Source: Octopus bimaculoides (taxonomy: Eukaryota). Taken from it: a DNA stretch of 64,000 nucleotides. A program made the position numbers and the translations under genes. The notes under the pieces were generated by a model. It ran no database searches, had not been told where the DNA came from, and saw only the letters and a program-made list of their open reading frames with translations. Below are positions 1-12,747 of the stretch, piece by piece. The stretch is from positions 142,118,733 to 142,182,732 of the forward strand of contig NC_068981.1 of NCBI RefSeq assembly GCF_001194135.2, given 5' to 3'. Numbering within the stretch: the first letter of the stretch is position 1; the number at the start of each line of letters is the position of its first letter.

Positions 1-6
1 TATTAG
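1..6 (+). CDS. 3' end of a putative upstream coding exon (runs off the window)
   Basis: TATTAG|gtgaga donor. It ends in phase 2 (ATT AG) and joins the 1221 exon as AGA (Arg) with no stop. Only 6 nt are visible. Confidence 0.3.
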   Translation, partial: Y

Positions 7-909
7 GTGAGACTATATTAATTATACAAATAGAGAGAAGACTATGTCCGATTTAACTAATTCCACTGACTCCCCTAGAATAATAGTTACTGTAAATTGT
101 TGCGGAGTTGAAACTCAGAAGTAAATATACTATAACGTGCTACCTAAGAGTATTTACTGTTTTAGGTTGTCTACACTCATTTTACCATTTCCTGTTGATA
201 TTGATACACACACACAAATTATCACATACACCCACATACATACTGACAAAGACATGCACTTAAACGCCCATACACACAGATATATATTATGGGTAAGTAA
301 TTAGCTGGAGTAATTGACCATAATTAATCTTTACAGTTAAACAATATTCATGTATTAATGAGTGAAAAACAAAATGTAACCATGTTGAAATTAATTTTAC
401 GAGTTTAATTAATTTTTTCGACCCAGTATTTTTGCTAAGGTTACCCGGATTTACTATCGATTGAAAAGATAATATAATAAATTAATTAATTTAATTAATT
501 AGCTAACATAGATGATAGATTAATATAGCCGAAATTAAAGCAAAAATGCGTTCGGTTCTTTCTTTTGAAAGAACAGTGATCTGAAATATTATATTACGTA
601 ATGAAAAATGAATTCCAATTTTGAAGAATTTTATATGAATACAACATGCCACAACATCAAGAACATGTGCTCACACAGGAATATTTGCATACACACAGCT
701 TCTTTATACACACTAAACACATAGTATTCATGTACACATAAGCACACACACACAGGACATAAATTAACTCGCGGGAACGGATCTGTTTTCAAGCGAGGAA
801 AGCACATTTAATGAAATATTGCCGTTCGCTTAAGATACCAAGCTGTAGTGAGAATAACTATGAAAGCATTATAAATCTGTTTTACTACAACAATTTCCAT
901 CAGAGAATA

Positions 910-936
910 TCAGCAACCTCCAATAACACATATAAC

Positions 937-1020
<84 letters not shown>
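910..1020. repeat. (CA)n microsatellite of about 80 bp, with AC-rich lead-in
   Basis: Direct reading; source of the spurious HT/CV ORFs. Confidence 0.95.
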
Positions 1021-1022
<2 letters not shown>

Positions 1023-1220
1023 CACTTTCCCATACATTAAGAAATGTCTTTATAAACACGTGTGTTCGTAAAATACCATTAAGGCACCACAATCATCTTT
1101 CACTGACATTGTCACAATGTATAAATGATATTGGTTTACATTCTCGACCTTCTTCGTCGAAGATAAACTTTTAAGATATCAAGTAATCATTCAGGCGAAA
1201 ATGTTTTATAGTTTTCCTAG

Positions 1221-1278
1221 AATTTGGATGAGGAATATAAAAAAACAGAATCTTCCGAAATCTTCAGTCTTCACTGAG
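1221..1278 (+). CDS. Putative internal exon of unidentified gene, encodes (R)IWMRNIKKQNLPKSSVFTE
   Basis: Acceptor ttttatagttttcctag, donor GAG|gttatt. 58 nt, phase 2 to 0, compatible with the flanking exons. Confidence 0.5.
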
Positions 1279-2948
1279 GTATTATATTGTATTCTATTGA
1301 TTCAAACAAGAAACAGGGAAATTTAAATTCAAATAGTGCTTAAGACATTTCTGAGAATACGACGATATGTGCATTTATGTATGTGTTCAAGTAACACGTA
1401 AATGTAATATGTGTTTCTTATATATACTCACACGCACGTACATGTATATGGTTGTATTTAACGTATTGTATATGCTTGTAGAGAGGCAAGAGCTACAAGT
1501 ATATTTTTATATGTACTCAAATAGATTGAAAAAGTATGTTTGCAGTCAAATATATGTAGCAAGCATTAATTTTATCCAGTCGCACTTAGACCGTGACCAA
1601 GCAAAACTGAATAGTTGTAGATTATGCATTGCTGTCTCGTGAATACGGTAATGATGGCGATAATGACCATCACAATCATGGCCATCATCATTAGCATCGT
1701 TTATCGATTTTGTTGGAGGATGTCACGTTAGTATTTGTTGTCTCACTACTTAGTTTTTGATGTTATTTCGCTCGGGTTATATTATTTAGCACATGGTCAG
1801 TAATGAGCTCAGCAGCTTACTCCAGGTTTCGGAGTGGTGGGGAGAGGCAATGTTATTGTAATAAAAGTGTATATGTGTGTGTGGGTGTGGTGGTGCATGC
1901 ATACAGTGGAAAGCCAGTTTCAGTGTAAAATTTCATTATAGCTACTCCATGTTTCACGGTTCGGTTCGTTATATTGTAAATTGTGGTTTCTCTTGCGTTT
2001 ATGTTTGAATATACTTTACCCCCACCCCATATNNNNNNNNNNNNNNNNNNNNNNNNNNNNNNNNNNNNNNNNNNNNNNNNNNNNNNNNNNNNNNNNNNNN
2101 NNNNNNNNNNNNNNNNNNNNNNNNNNNNNNNNNNNNNNNNNNNNNNNNNNNNNNNNNNNNNNNNNNNNNNNNNNNNNNNNNNNNNNNNNNNNNNNNNNNN
2201 NNNNNNNNNNNNNNNNNNNNNNNNNNNNNNNNNNNNNNNNNNNNNNNNNNNNNNNNNNNNNNNNNNNNNNNNNNNNNNNNNNNNNNNNNNNNNNNNNNNN
2301 NNNNNNNNNNNNNNNNNNNNNNNNNNNNNNNNNNNNNNNNNNNNNNNNNNNNNNNNNNNNNNNNNNNNNNNNNNNNNNNNNNNNNNNNNNNNNNNNNNNN
2401 NNNNNNNNNNNNNNNNNNNNNNNNNNNNNNNNNNNNNNNNNNNNNNNNNNNNNNNNNNNNNNNNNNNNNNNNNNNNNNNNNNNNNNNNNNNNNNNNNNNN
2501 NNNNNNNNNNNNNNNNNNNNNNNNNNNNNNNNNNNNNNNNNNNNNNNNNNNNNNNNNNNNNNNNNNNNNNNNNNNNNNNNNNNNNNNNNNNNNNNNNNNN
2601 NNNNNNNNNNNNNNNNNNNNNNNNNNNNNNNNNNNNNNNNNNNATCACATCACATCACCACGCACACACTAGCACTGACCAATTCCCAGCTCCCACACTA
2701 ACATCCACACACCAACACATGCACACAGACACACGTCAAGGTCACTAGCCCTCTTCCACACGCACATACATGCTCTCTTATAAACACGCACGGGCAAATT
2801 CGTTTTGGGATCACCACTACTTTATTATCTGCCCTTCTTAGTAGCTCTCCTGTATGACCCCTCTGTCCGTCATTCGCCATGATGGATCGCTAGCCACTAC
2901 ACATTCTTTATTTTCTCTTTTGTCTTTTTTTTTGTGAATTCTCCTTCT

Positions 2949-3000
<52 letters not shown>

Positions 3001-3064
3001 CATATATAATATAAATAATATATAAGTTTATGCATATATCCATACATATTTGTACATACCTACA

Positions 3065-3468
3065 TATATATGTATATATACATGCATACATGTCTACAGG
3101 ACATCGAAAAACAAAAACGTTAAACACAATGAGAAACGAAAACATAGAAAACGAACTTTTTTTCGAACAACGAAAAACACAAAAAGAGAAACGAGACATG
3201 CAACATAAATGGTATACCCCTTCGTCAGTTGTCCCTGTTTCATCTACTCCGCATTACGAAGGCAAGGACAATACGCGATTTCGTTGAAACAGTCCTCCCC
3301 GCAAAGCAAATTAAATAAAATTTGGGATTTTTGCGGAGGGTGAAAGTGTTAACAAGAACAGGACAGTGAGTACACGACAGTAAAAACGAACTGTGAGGGC
3401 TGTTGAGCCAAGACGATAGAAAAATTATTATGAACGCTAGGTAGACGAGCCATGAAAGGAGACAGGAG
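3065..3468. repeat. Interspersed repeat remnant, possibly the terminal region of a Penelope-like element
   Basis: GC-richer non-microsatellite block between microsatellites that resembles a repeat I associate with octopus. Not verified. Confidence 0.3.
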
Positions 3469-3478
3469 NNNNNNNNNN

Positions 3479-3529
<51 letters not shown>

Positions 3530-3875
3530 TGTGTGTGTTTGTATATGCGTGCGGGTGCTCTTGTGTGTGCATGTGCGTATGGATGTGTGCGTGTGTTTTT
3601 GTGCGCGTACGCGTAAGGAAATGTAAAAATAAATCAGATTCCATAGAAATTGCTGGATTTTCGGAGTCAAAAATCTGTTGTAGACTCTCAGCAAAAAGAA
3701 CCCTGAAGTGATATCAAATTACGTTCACTTGCCAGGCAAAAAGCACCAAAGAATTTGTAGATAAAAAAACGAGAAAAATGTATTTTATGGCGGTTCACTT
3801 CTTTCGCAAGAGTATTAGACTTTTGTAAAGTTAAATTGCTAAATACCAATAATCAAAGCTGTCTTGTAATTTCAG

Positions 3876-3904
3876 GAATCTGGGAAGTTTAAATTTCAGC
3901 ATAT
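3876..3904 (+). CDS. Putative 29-nt internal exon, encodes ESGKFKFQH(I)
   Basis: Acceptor tgtcttgtaatttcag, donor AT|gtaatt. Phase 0 to 2 links the 1221-1278 and 4038 exons in one open frame. Confidence 0.55.
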
Positions 3905-4037
3905 GTAATTTTATAGACTTATTCTTAACTATGTCAATAGGATAATGGCAAACATTAAAGATAAAAAATAAAAAGAGGCAGTTTTTTTTTTATGAATGTA
4001 TATAAAATAGTATCAATTAATTCTTTGACCCTTCTAG

Positions 4038-4221
4038 ATTAAATCAGGTACACATCAACGAAAAGATATTGAAAGAACTGGTTGACTTTAAGTTCAATAA
4101 TGTTAATAGTCTTCATCACTTGCTTGGCATTGATCCACCTCATATCAGATGGGATGTTGCCAGCGAAGCTGAAAATAATAATAATAATAATAATAATAGT
4201 AAAAAAGAGGCATATATTTGA
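4038..4221 (+). CDS. Putative terminal coding exon, LNQVHINEKILKELVDFKFNNVNSLHHLLGIDPPHIRWDVASEAE(N8)SKKEAYI*
   Basis: Acceptor ttctttgacccttctag, 60 sense codons with protein-like composition, TGA at 4219-4221, AATAAA signals near 4310-4335. Confidence 0.6.
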
Positions 4222-4667
4222 AACAAATACATTACAAACGCGATGATAAGACTCGAAAAAAATGTCATGATATTACTTTACCTGAAGAGGATACGAAAGA
4301 ACCAATCCAAAATAAAAAAAAATAAAAATAAAAAATCGTTTGAAGAAGAGAGCGGTAAATGTTAAATGCTCAAATGCTGGGAGCAAATATGAAGGTAGAA
4401 TCACGGGAAAAGTTTTCAAAAGACGTGATACTTGCTTCAAGCCGTCTTAATCGACTTCATGTTCGATTGAGCCATAGCTAAGACACATTAGTGAAATGGG
4501 TGGCATAACATGGTATGGTTTTTTTTTTGTGAATTTGTGGAAACCTTGAGTCACCTGTTAGTTGATCTGTTATTGGATGTTTGGAGAAATAACATGCGAA
4601 GCGTGAGATTATTTGAAGAGAAAAGAGGGGAAAATAACTATACATATGAGATACGACCATTATTACT

Positions 4668-4878
4668 ACTACTAATAATAATAATAATCCTTTCTTCTAT
4701 AGGCACAACGACTGAAATTTGTAGGGAGGGGGGCCAGTCGATTACATTGACCTCCAATTTATCAACCCCGAAAAAATGAAAAGCAATGTCGACCTCGATG
4801 GAATTTGAACTCAAATCACGAAAAGATGGACGAAATGCCGCTGAGCATTTTGCCCGGCGTGTTAAAGATTTTGCCAGG
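4668..4878 (-). mobile_element. tRNA-derived SINE with Nin/Deu-type central domain
   Basis: Minus strand shows a B-box-like GAGTTCAAATTCC, then GAGGTCGACATTGCTTTTCATTTTTTCGGGGTTGATAAAT (Nin/Deu-like), then an (ATT)n tail. Confidence 0.8.
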
Positions 4879-4885
4879 TTACTTA

Positions 4886-5100
4886 CGAGGAGTTGCTGAA
4901 AAGTTCCTGGCTTAAGGTTATCGCGAAAGGCCTGGTTGGAAGCCCAACCTTCCGACTTTTTTATTTAGAGGTTAGAAAAACTGAAAGACTTCTGGGATGA
5001 GTGTGAATCTGAAAGAGGAATATGTTGAATAAAATCATAATTAACGAATCTTCCTGTATTTTCTTTTACCCAAAACCAGGAAACTTTCAGTATTCCCTCG
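4886..5100 (+). mobile_element. Mariner-derived MITE
   Basis: Degenerate TIRs cgaggagttgctgaaaagttcctgg / ccaggaaactttcagtattccctcg, flanked by TA and CA. Internal remnant of the transposase C-terminus (…KEEYVE*). Confidence 0.75.
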
Positions 5101-5847
5101 CATAATCCCACTCGTGATGCCCAGACACGCATATACCCGCACATTACTGAGTTCTCAAATGCGCTTTATACATTGTCATACTAGCTTTTTGTAGTATCGA
5201 GGATTTGAATATTGGTTGCGTTTTCCATTCTTTACGACAGTGGAGTAATATTTGAAAGAGATTAGGGTGCTATTTCTTGCTCATCAAGTAATAACGTAGT
5301 GAAAGCCATCATTGCTTCGTCATTAACTTAAATATATTGCATTGCTTCAACAAAACTAGTTCTGTAGGCAATATTTTCTGTTCAGTAGATTTTCGCATAT
5401 ATAGCAATGCTTATTACGTATCTCGATGTTACGAGCTCAGCTTCATTTCATGCGTGAAATAAAGAGACAAGGGCAAATAAGAATACACCAACAACAAAAA
5501 TGCAATATAAAAAAAAAACAAAGAAAGCAAGAAACAAAAAAAATATCTAAGCAATATAACAGGAGTAAAAAAAAAATTGAAAACAATTCACAAACCGAAA
5601 ATAGAAAAAAATTCTTTCAGCAATTACAGGAAATAAATGTGTTGTCGTGATGTATATGCGAGTGTTTCTTTCCCACTCTCTATTTCTATCTCACTTATTC
5701 TTTCCCTAAACCTGTCTTATCTTTTTACTCCCTGTTAAGAGTTCGTGCAACATATTTTTACATGTGTGTGTAATGCTTAAGACATATTCGAATCTTTTGT
5801 TTTTGGTTTGGGTTTATTTGCGCGCATATGTACTAGATACATCTACC

Positions 5848-5848
<1 letters not shown>

Positions 5849-5915
<67 letters not shown>

Positions 5916-5952
5916 TGTGTCTGTGTGTGTGTCTAATACATATACAAATATG

Positions 5953-6000
<48 letters not shown>
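5849..6000. repeat. Compound (TA)n/(TG)n microsatellite
   Basis: Direct reading. Confidence 0.95.
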
Positions 6001-6003
<3 letters not shown>

Positions 6004-6349
6004 CTAGATACATGTGAAGGCGTTCAATGCGTATGACAGCGTGTTTGTAGGGTTGAATGTGAACAGAGAAGCGCATATACTTGTGATGAGTTAGTGAGTA
6101 GACTAATTGTAGAGTAAGATTGACCTAGCAAGTGCTTCGCCTTAACTATCTCCAATAACATGGAGACATATCACTAATAAGTAAGTCGTGTGGTGATAAG
6201 TACAATTAGAAGCTGTAATGTGTAAAGGAAACACACATGAAAATCAAATTCAAACGCAAATCAGGTGGTAAAAGAAATGTAAAAACCTAATACCTCGATA
6301 TACGTATTCAGACATATACGAACATACTCACAAAAATGTAAGCCTACAA

Positions 6350-6414
6350 TATATATATATATACATATATACGAATACGAACATATATATATATATATAT
6401 ATATGCATATGAAC

Positions 6415-6453
<39 letters not shown>

Positions 6454-6739
6454 TATACATACATATATATGCCTATCCATATATTCATATATATATAAAT
6501 ATACATATATATATATATATACATATATAAATATATACATATATATACATATATACATATACATATATACATACATATACATGTATGTATATATATATAT
6601 ATATATGCATATACATACATATATATGCATATCCATATATTCATATATATATATAAATACATATATATATATATATACATATATAAATATATACATATAT
6701 ATACATATATACATATACATATATACATACATATACATG

Positions 6740-6780
<41 letters not shown>
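6350..6780. repeat. TA/CA-rich compound microsatellite containing a 156-bp tandem duplication
   Basis: Anchors gcctatccatatattc (6471) and gcatatccatatattc (6627) are 156 bp apart; a 52-aa period is visible in the ORF track. Confidence 0.9.
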
Positions 6781-6783
<3 letters not shown>

Positions 6784-6923
6784 TACCAAATCCGATCAAA
6801 AGGCCTTAGTCGGCCCGAGGCCATAGTAGAAGATACTTGCCAAAGTCCCCCGCAGTGTAATGGAACCTGTTACCATGTGATTCTCAAGCTAGCTACTTAC
6901 CACACAACCACTCCTGCGCCTAT
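6781..6923 (-). mobile_element. 5' head of composite tRNA-derived SINE (family A)
   Basis: Reverse complement begins ataggcgcaggagtggttgtgtggtaagtagc; homologous to 15380-15540 and 49584-49767. Confidence 0.85.
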
Positions 6924-7170
6924 CACATATACTTTTATTATTAAAGTTGGAAAAACATGACTAACTCTTTTACACAGTGTACCTATTCGTCGGACAGTTG
7001 TGATTAAGAGAAACGTTAAACTTTGCTAAAAGAACATATTACTCTATCTTTTGTATTTAAGTACTAATTTTCCACCTTGTTTTACATTTAAGTGCTTACG
7101 CGTCTGTGTGCGTGTATGTGTGTTTGTGTGTGTGGAAGCATTTTTTAATATGTTTTATATGAATATATAA

Positions 7171-7201
<31 letters not shown>

Positions 7202-7608
7202 AATTATTCGACTGAGATCGTTTCTCGGACTGGTCAATTCATTGCTCTTCATTTCGTATCTACTCCAGTCCCTTCATGCTGAGAAGGAGTGTGAACAGCA
7301 ACAGATGGTACCGAACATTGTGATGGATTGTATGCGGTGTGTTTGTGTTTAAGTTACCTACTATTGCGAGCAGCGATAATGATTATGCCGTTGAGAGTTA
7401 ACGTGGGTAGTTAGTTTCATGGCGTATGTTATGAACAAGTACAACAGTAGGCAGCAGGTGGAAGGGGAGGAAAACCTAAAATGTTTTATAGATGTTCTAT
7501 TGTGTTTACGTAATTTTGTGTGAGAAAAGGAAATTCTGGTTTGGTGTTTGCAGCATTGAGAAGACGTACGAAGTAGTGATGCAGTGATTAGAGCTGTTGC
7601 AATAGCTA

Positions 7609-7794
7609 GAGGTAAAATTTATCCCCACTTAAACGTGGATGTTCTCTTAGAACAAACTATATTGAAATAGTTATCATGAGAAAAATCTCGAATTGGCGTT
7701 TGGTGTAAAATGCACCAAAAACCATAGGAGAGTTTCTCATGTTAAATACTGCAATATAGATCAGCGACATTTAAGTGGGGATAAATATTACCTC
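7609..7794. mobile_element. Foldback/palindromic MITE-like element
   Basis: Arms gaggtaaaatttatccccacttaaa / tttaagtggggataaatattacctc, plus nested inner arms. No clear TSD. Confidence 0.65.
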
Positions 7795-10700
7795 GTGGTA
7801 TTAATAGCACCTCTGTCGCTAAAAATTATGTAGTAGCTATAATAGTTTAGCCGGTGGTGAATTTGGCAATCGCTATTGCCTCCGCCTTAAACATGGTTAT
7901 TTAGTTTGTTTTTGCTAGACTGGAGCGCTACAGTTCTCTGATTTGATTTTAATTTGCTTTTTAACTTTATTTTCTACTGTACCAACGTGTACAATATTGA
8001 TGTTTCATTTAACATTTTTCCTTCTAATTTTTAATGTCTTTACATCACTAATTATTGTACCAGCGAGTTGGTGAAGGTTGCTATTTACTTTGATTATAAC
8101 ATTTCCCAGATATTTGGTGTTGAGTTCTAGTATTAATTTTATTTATATTTTGATATACTTTTTGCAATGTGAGCTCTTTCGAAATCAGAAAGGAGCGTAA
8201 AATGTGATCGGATTATTGCAAGAGTGATTGCCTACCACCAACAGAGAAGTACATATTTCGTCGATCATAGAAGAAAGTTAGGGTTTGCCACTTTAAGATT
8301 TGTTCTCAAGTGAATATAAGCTTATATCGATTGTCCAAGGCGTATGACAGTGTATTTGTAGGAGTTAATAGCTTTGAAAGTTTGCAAATTTTGGGCAATT
8401 TTAGTGAATCGTAAACCACAGACACATTCATGCCTCTTTCTATAGTAACAAGCCAAACATGAGAACTCTTTTGTTTGCGAGAAAGCACATTTGTTGAAAA
8501 TATATTCTACACGAAACCACGTGCGTTGACGCTAATCTGCTTCTTGTGAGATGTGCTAAAGGTAAAAACTAAATAGGTCTTACATCAGGTACCCCAAATT
8601 TGTTTTCTTTTAGTTTTTGCATAATCGTATGAATTCCCACATGTAGAATACCTATTCGCAAAAAGTTTTTGAAAATAAGAAATAATAAATAAGTTATGAG
8701 GAGTTATATATCGTTCGTAGAGGAGAGATTGATTTATTTAGTTTCATATTAAAACACGTGCAATTTTCAGAATGTTGATAACTCGTCCAGTCACGCACAA
8801 ACAGAAAAGATCCCGACTGTATATAGTCTTGAGAGTAAATTTTGATGATGAAATCTGCTCGTATGCCCCACAGTGGCCCGCAATTGTAATTCCAGTTTTC
8901 GACAAAATCACATATATTTTGCCTGTACAGTATGTCCTATGCATACATGTCTGTCGAGAACATAACCGCTTACATTATAATTCATTATTCGAGCAGTCCC
9001 TTCGACGCAACTACAGAAACACTTGTCTGTCACAACCGAAGCACGATCTATCATCATGCATGTATGTGTACGTTCCTCTTTTGGGATTTGTTCAAGAATA
9101 TATGTAGGTATATTTGTTTATGTATGTATGTATGTATGCATGCATGAATGCGTGCATGTATGTATGAATGCGTGTGCAAATATATCTCTTTCTCACTCTC
9201 TCACACTCTATTCCTATATATATATATATACACACACACATGTATGCGTGTACACAAACATGTACATATATGTGTGCGTGTGTTCCTGGCATTCATTACG
9301 GATCGATATCAATATATCAATAAATAATAGACAGGAAATTCTTTAGAATTAATTCTGCTTAAACTTGTAGTCTCTCGTCGTGAAGGTTGGTTTCTATTTC
9401 AAACAAGAATGAGAAATATCCACATACCCACGGCTCCCTTACATCATCAAAGCACAGCAACAGCACTTACTACTAAACCCCCTCTTTTATGCCACTATTA
9501 CTACTAATACCACTATTGCTACTACTGTAATTTTCATAGGTGCATTGATTAATTATGTCTTGCATGCACAACCACATTGCAACGATTTTTACAGGCTGGA
9601 ATTTCCTGTTCACTGTGTGGGCCCCACCACTATTCCTCATTTTCAATCTCCTCATCTTGATCATCATCTCCTACTTCGTTTTCGTCATCATCATCATCAT
9701 CGTAATAGTAATCATCGTCATCGTTGACGTCGTTACTAACGTAGCCACCATCAGCACCAGCGTCATTATCCTCATCAACCAGCGATTGTCAGCCTTCTTA
9801 ATAAATGGCCTGTCAACGTTGGTGGTTAGTGACTGACCACAAGGATGACTGACACCAATGACCATTACTCGCTCTCTAACTCACTGCCTCTTTCACTCAC
9901 GCTCACGCATTCATTCATTCTGTCACTCGTTTTTCTTTGTTTTTTCATTCTTATTTCATTTTTCTTTCACTTCCTATATTTGCTTTATTTCTATTTCTCT
10001 CCAAATCGACCGGACTTCAAACAAAAACAACTGACCACCGATGTGATCACTTCCAAACTACAACCACCACACAGCACAACCACTACTCCTACCAACACCA
10101 CCTCTATTGCCGCTACTGTTATTAAGCCTCCCGCACTCTTTCACTACTCAGTCTTTTATCAGAAGGGTTATAGAAAATGTTAGCCATTAATTAAATAGCC
10201 ACTCCTATCCAACTCACCAAGCATTAACCTTCTCGATAGCCTTCCACCAGAAGCTCTCCCACTAAACACCTCAACTACCCTGTACAAAATCACAACTATT
10301 ACTGCACAAAACCAATACTCTTCTCCTCCTCTCCAGAATGTAACAGTTTCAATGGACACCACTACACAATCGCCACTATTACGATAAAGTAGGGACACCG
10401 CCATCACCATCACCACAACAAACACTAACACCTGCAGTAGCACTTCACACTAACTCACTCAACTAACAAGGAATGTTCAATATCCAACCTACATAATGTT
10501 GATGACTAAGCTGTACAATACTGTCAATAACCCACTGCCTGCTATCATCTTACCCATGTTACTATACCATTCTCAATAATGATAACGTAATCTTCAGCAC
10601 AGTCAACATCATCATCAACTTCAATTCAGACCTTTTGTTGGACATGGCGGTTGATTGACAGAATCATTACACCCTTATCACGCCTTCTCCGGCTTCCTAC

Positions 10701-11478
10701 GTTTTGAGTTCAAATTACATCGAGATTGAATTTACATTTACATCCTCCTTAGCAAATGAAATAAAGTACTATCTACAAAAAGTACTGGGTAAATGGACGG
10801 TCACTCAATCTGCTAGAGAGAGAGAGAGAGTAACCAAATCACACTCAAATTAGACGGAAATTTCTAAAACTAGGATGAGTTGAATAGAGTGGTATAGGAG
10901 AATTCAAATGGTAACGAGAATGTCATGGAAGAGGGTGTCTTTGATGCTAGACTTTCAAAATCATTACCAATTTGGTGTTAAGCAAACAAAACCATTTTAA
11001 GACATTTTAACGACAGACCTGCCTGACTCTTACCTTAAGACGGAAAGTGTGATTTAAAGAAGGTTCGACTGCATTTCTACAGCTTCGTTAGCTGCAAAAT
11101 CTTTTAGATGTATGCCTACAAGAAATAAGAACACAAAAACCGTGATCGCTCGTGCTTTAGTCGAAGGTTTTTTGCTAACGGCAACGTTGACCACCACATA
11201 GCGTAATCTGTATGGTTTTCTGGAGCTATGGCATGTATCTAGTTGATCCATTGAGTGCACAACAGATTCATGCCAGTTACGTACTTATAACAGTTATATT
11301 TATGGATTTATTGCAATATCAGTATCCTACTACGAACACTATAACAGTGATTCCTCGCCATATCGTGGTGCACTTATCGCAGTTTATTATTCAAGCTTTC
11401 GTCGATTCCTCCGTGGTGTTGTTTTGCATTTATGATAAAATAAATATATAGAAATTATAGAAATAATAATAAAACGTA

Positions 11479-11570
11479 TACAGCACAGTACTGTTTCTAC
11501 TTCGCTGACTTTCACTTATCGCGGGGTAGAGGTTTGGAACGTAAAACCCGCGATAGTCGAGGGATAACTT
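11479..11570. mobile_element. Possible pogo/Tigger-like MITE end
   Basis: Inverted pair tatcgcggg (11517-11525) / cccgcgata (11547-11555), followed by gtcgaggg; resembles Tigger subterminal motifs. Confidence 0.3.
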
Positions 11571-12048
11571 TATTTTTAAGCCTAAGTGTATAGTTGTGAA
11601 TTTTAGTAATTTAGTGTATGTACAGATATATATATATATATATACGTAAATATGACTTCTATTATATATCTCGGCTATGGAAGTCTCAAAACATGAATAT
11701 TCTTTACTACATCACAGTACTCTTATTGAACGATTGTCAATAGAGAGTAATACAATATTTATTGTGTTGTTTATAGTGCAGACAGAAACACAGACACATA
11801 TAAAACGAATATACACACGATCAAAGAAAACTTATAGGACGTAGCCAAGACATACACGTAAAACACTCACGCACAATTTTAACAACGTTACTCACTTGAA
11901 CGAACACACATACATAATTAAAAAAAAAAAAAGATACACTTATATACACATATAACATTTTCTGAATGATTCTGAATGAGCACTAGTTTAATGTGCAATT
12001 GAAATGGAAGTAAATTTTGCTGAGACTCACTAATGACTATGGCAATTC

Positions 12049-12109
<61 letters not shown>

Positions 12110-12490
12110 CACATACACACACATATGGGGTAGGGTTATTAAAAACTAAAAAGAAAACTACTTCGTGGATATTTAAAATCAGAATTGACCATCACAAGTT
12201 AGCATTGATATCTAGTCAAGACGCAAACATTTTCTAGTAGGAATGTTTCGTACTCGAAAGGTACTGCTGTCATTTATGTTACCAATGCCACCGCCACAAA
12301 CATCATCATCACATTCATCATGCACAAAGCATTATCAGGGACCCAACCAACAGCTCTACTGACCTTCATTATCACTGAACATCATTGCAAATGCGACAAG
12401 GTCAAGAACCTCTACTAGCTTCGGAGAAAGTTTTGAAAACAATGGCAGACAGCAACAATAGCAACCACCACGACCACCACGACCACCACG

Positions 12491-12561
<71 letters not shown>

Positions 12562-12709
12562 AACTACTACTATTTCATCATCATCAACGTCGTCATAGCA
12601 ACCATCATAACCATGCCATCAACGATTTCCTCACACACCTCGTTTACCATCGCGATCCTCACCATCACTGCCGCCACTTCAATTATGTCACTATGATGAT
12701 TGTTACACT

Positions 12710-12747
<38 letters not shown>

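Noticed and set aside
3185-3250. CTGACGA plus GAAAC on the minus strand as a hammerhead
   Set aside because: GAAAC precedes CTGACGA by only 8 nt and no GAAA follows helix II, so no valid topology.
4095-4145. ENPP/alkaline-phosphatase-like HLLGIDP motif as identity of the gene
   Set aside because: Spacing and upstream residues do not fit the ENPP C-terminal motif, so no symbol was assigned.
4038-4170. Alternative minus-strand exon FAGNIPSDMRWINAKQVMKTINIIELK
   Set aside because: It is the antisense shadow of the plus-strand exon, and its acceptor is provided by the (TTA)n repeat.
7268-7306. Exon candidate SLHAEKECEQQQM
   Set aside because: Weak donor (gtaccg) and no linking exons.
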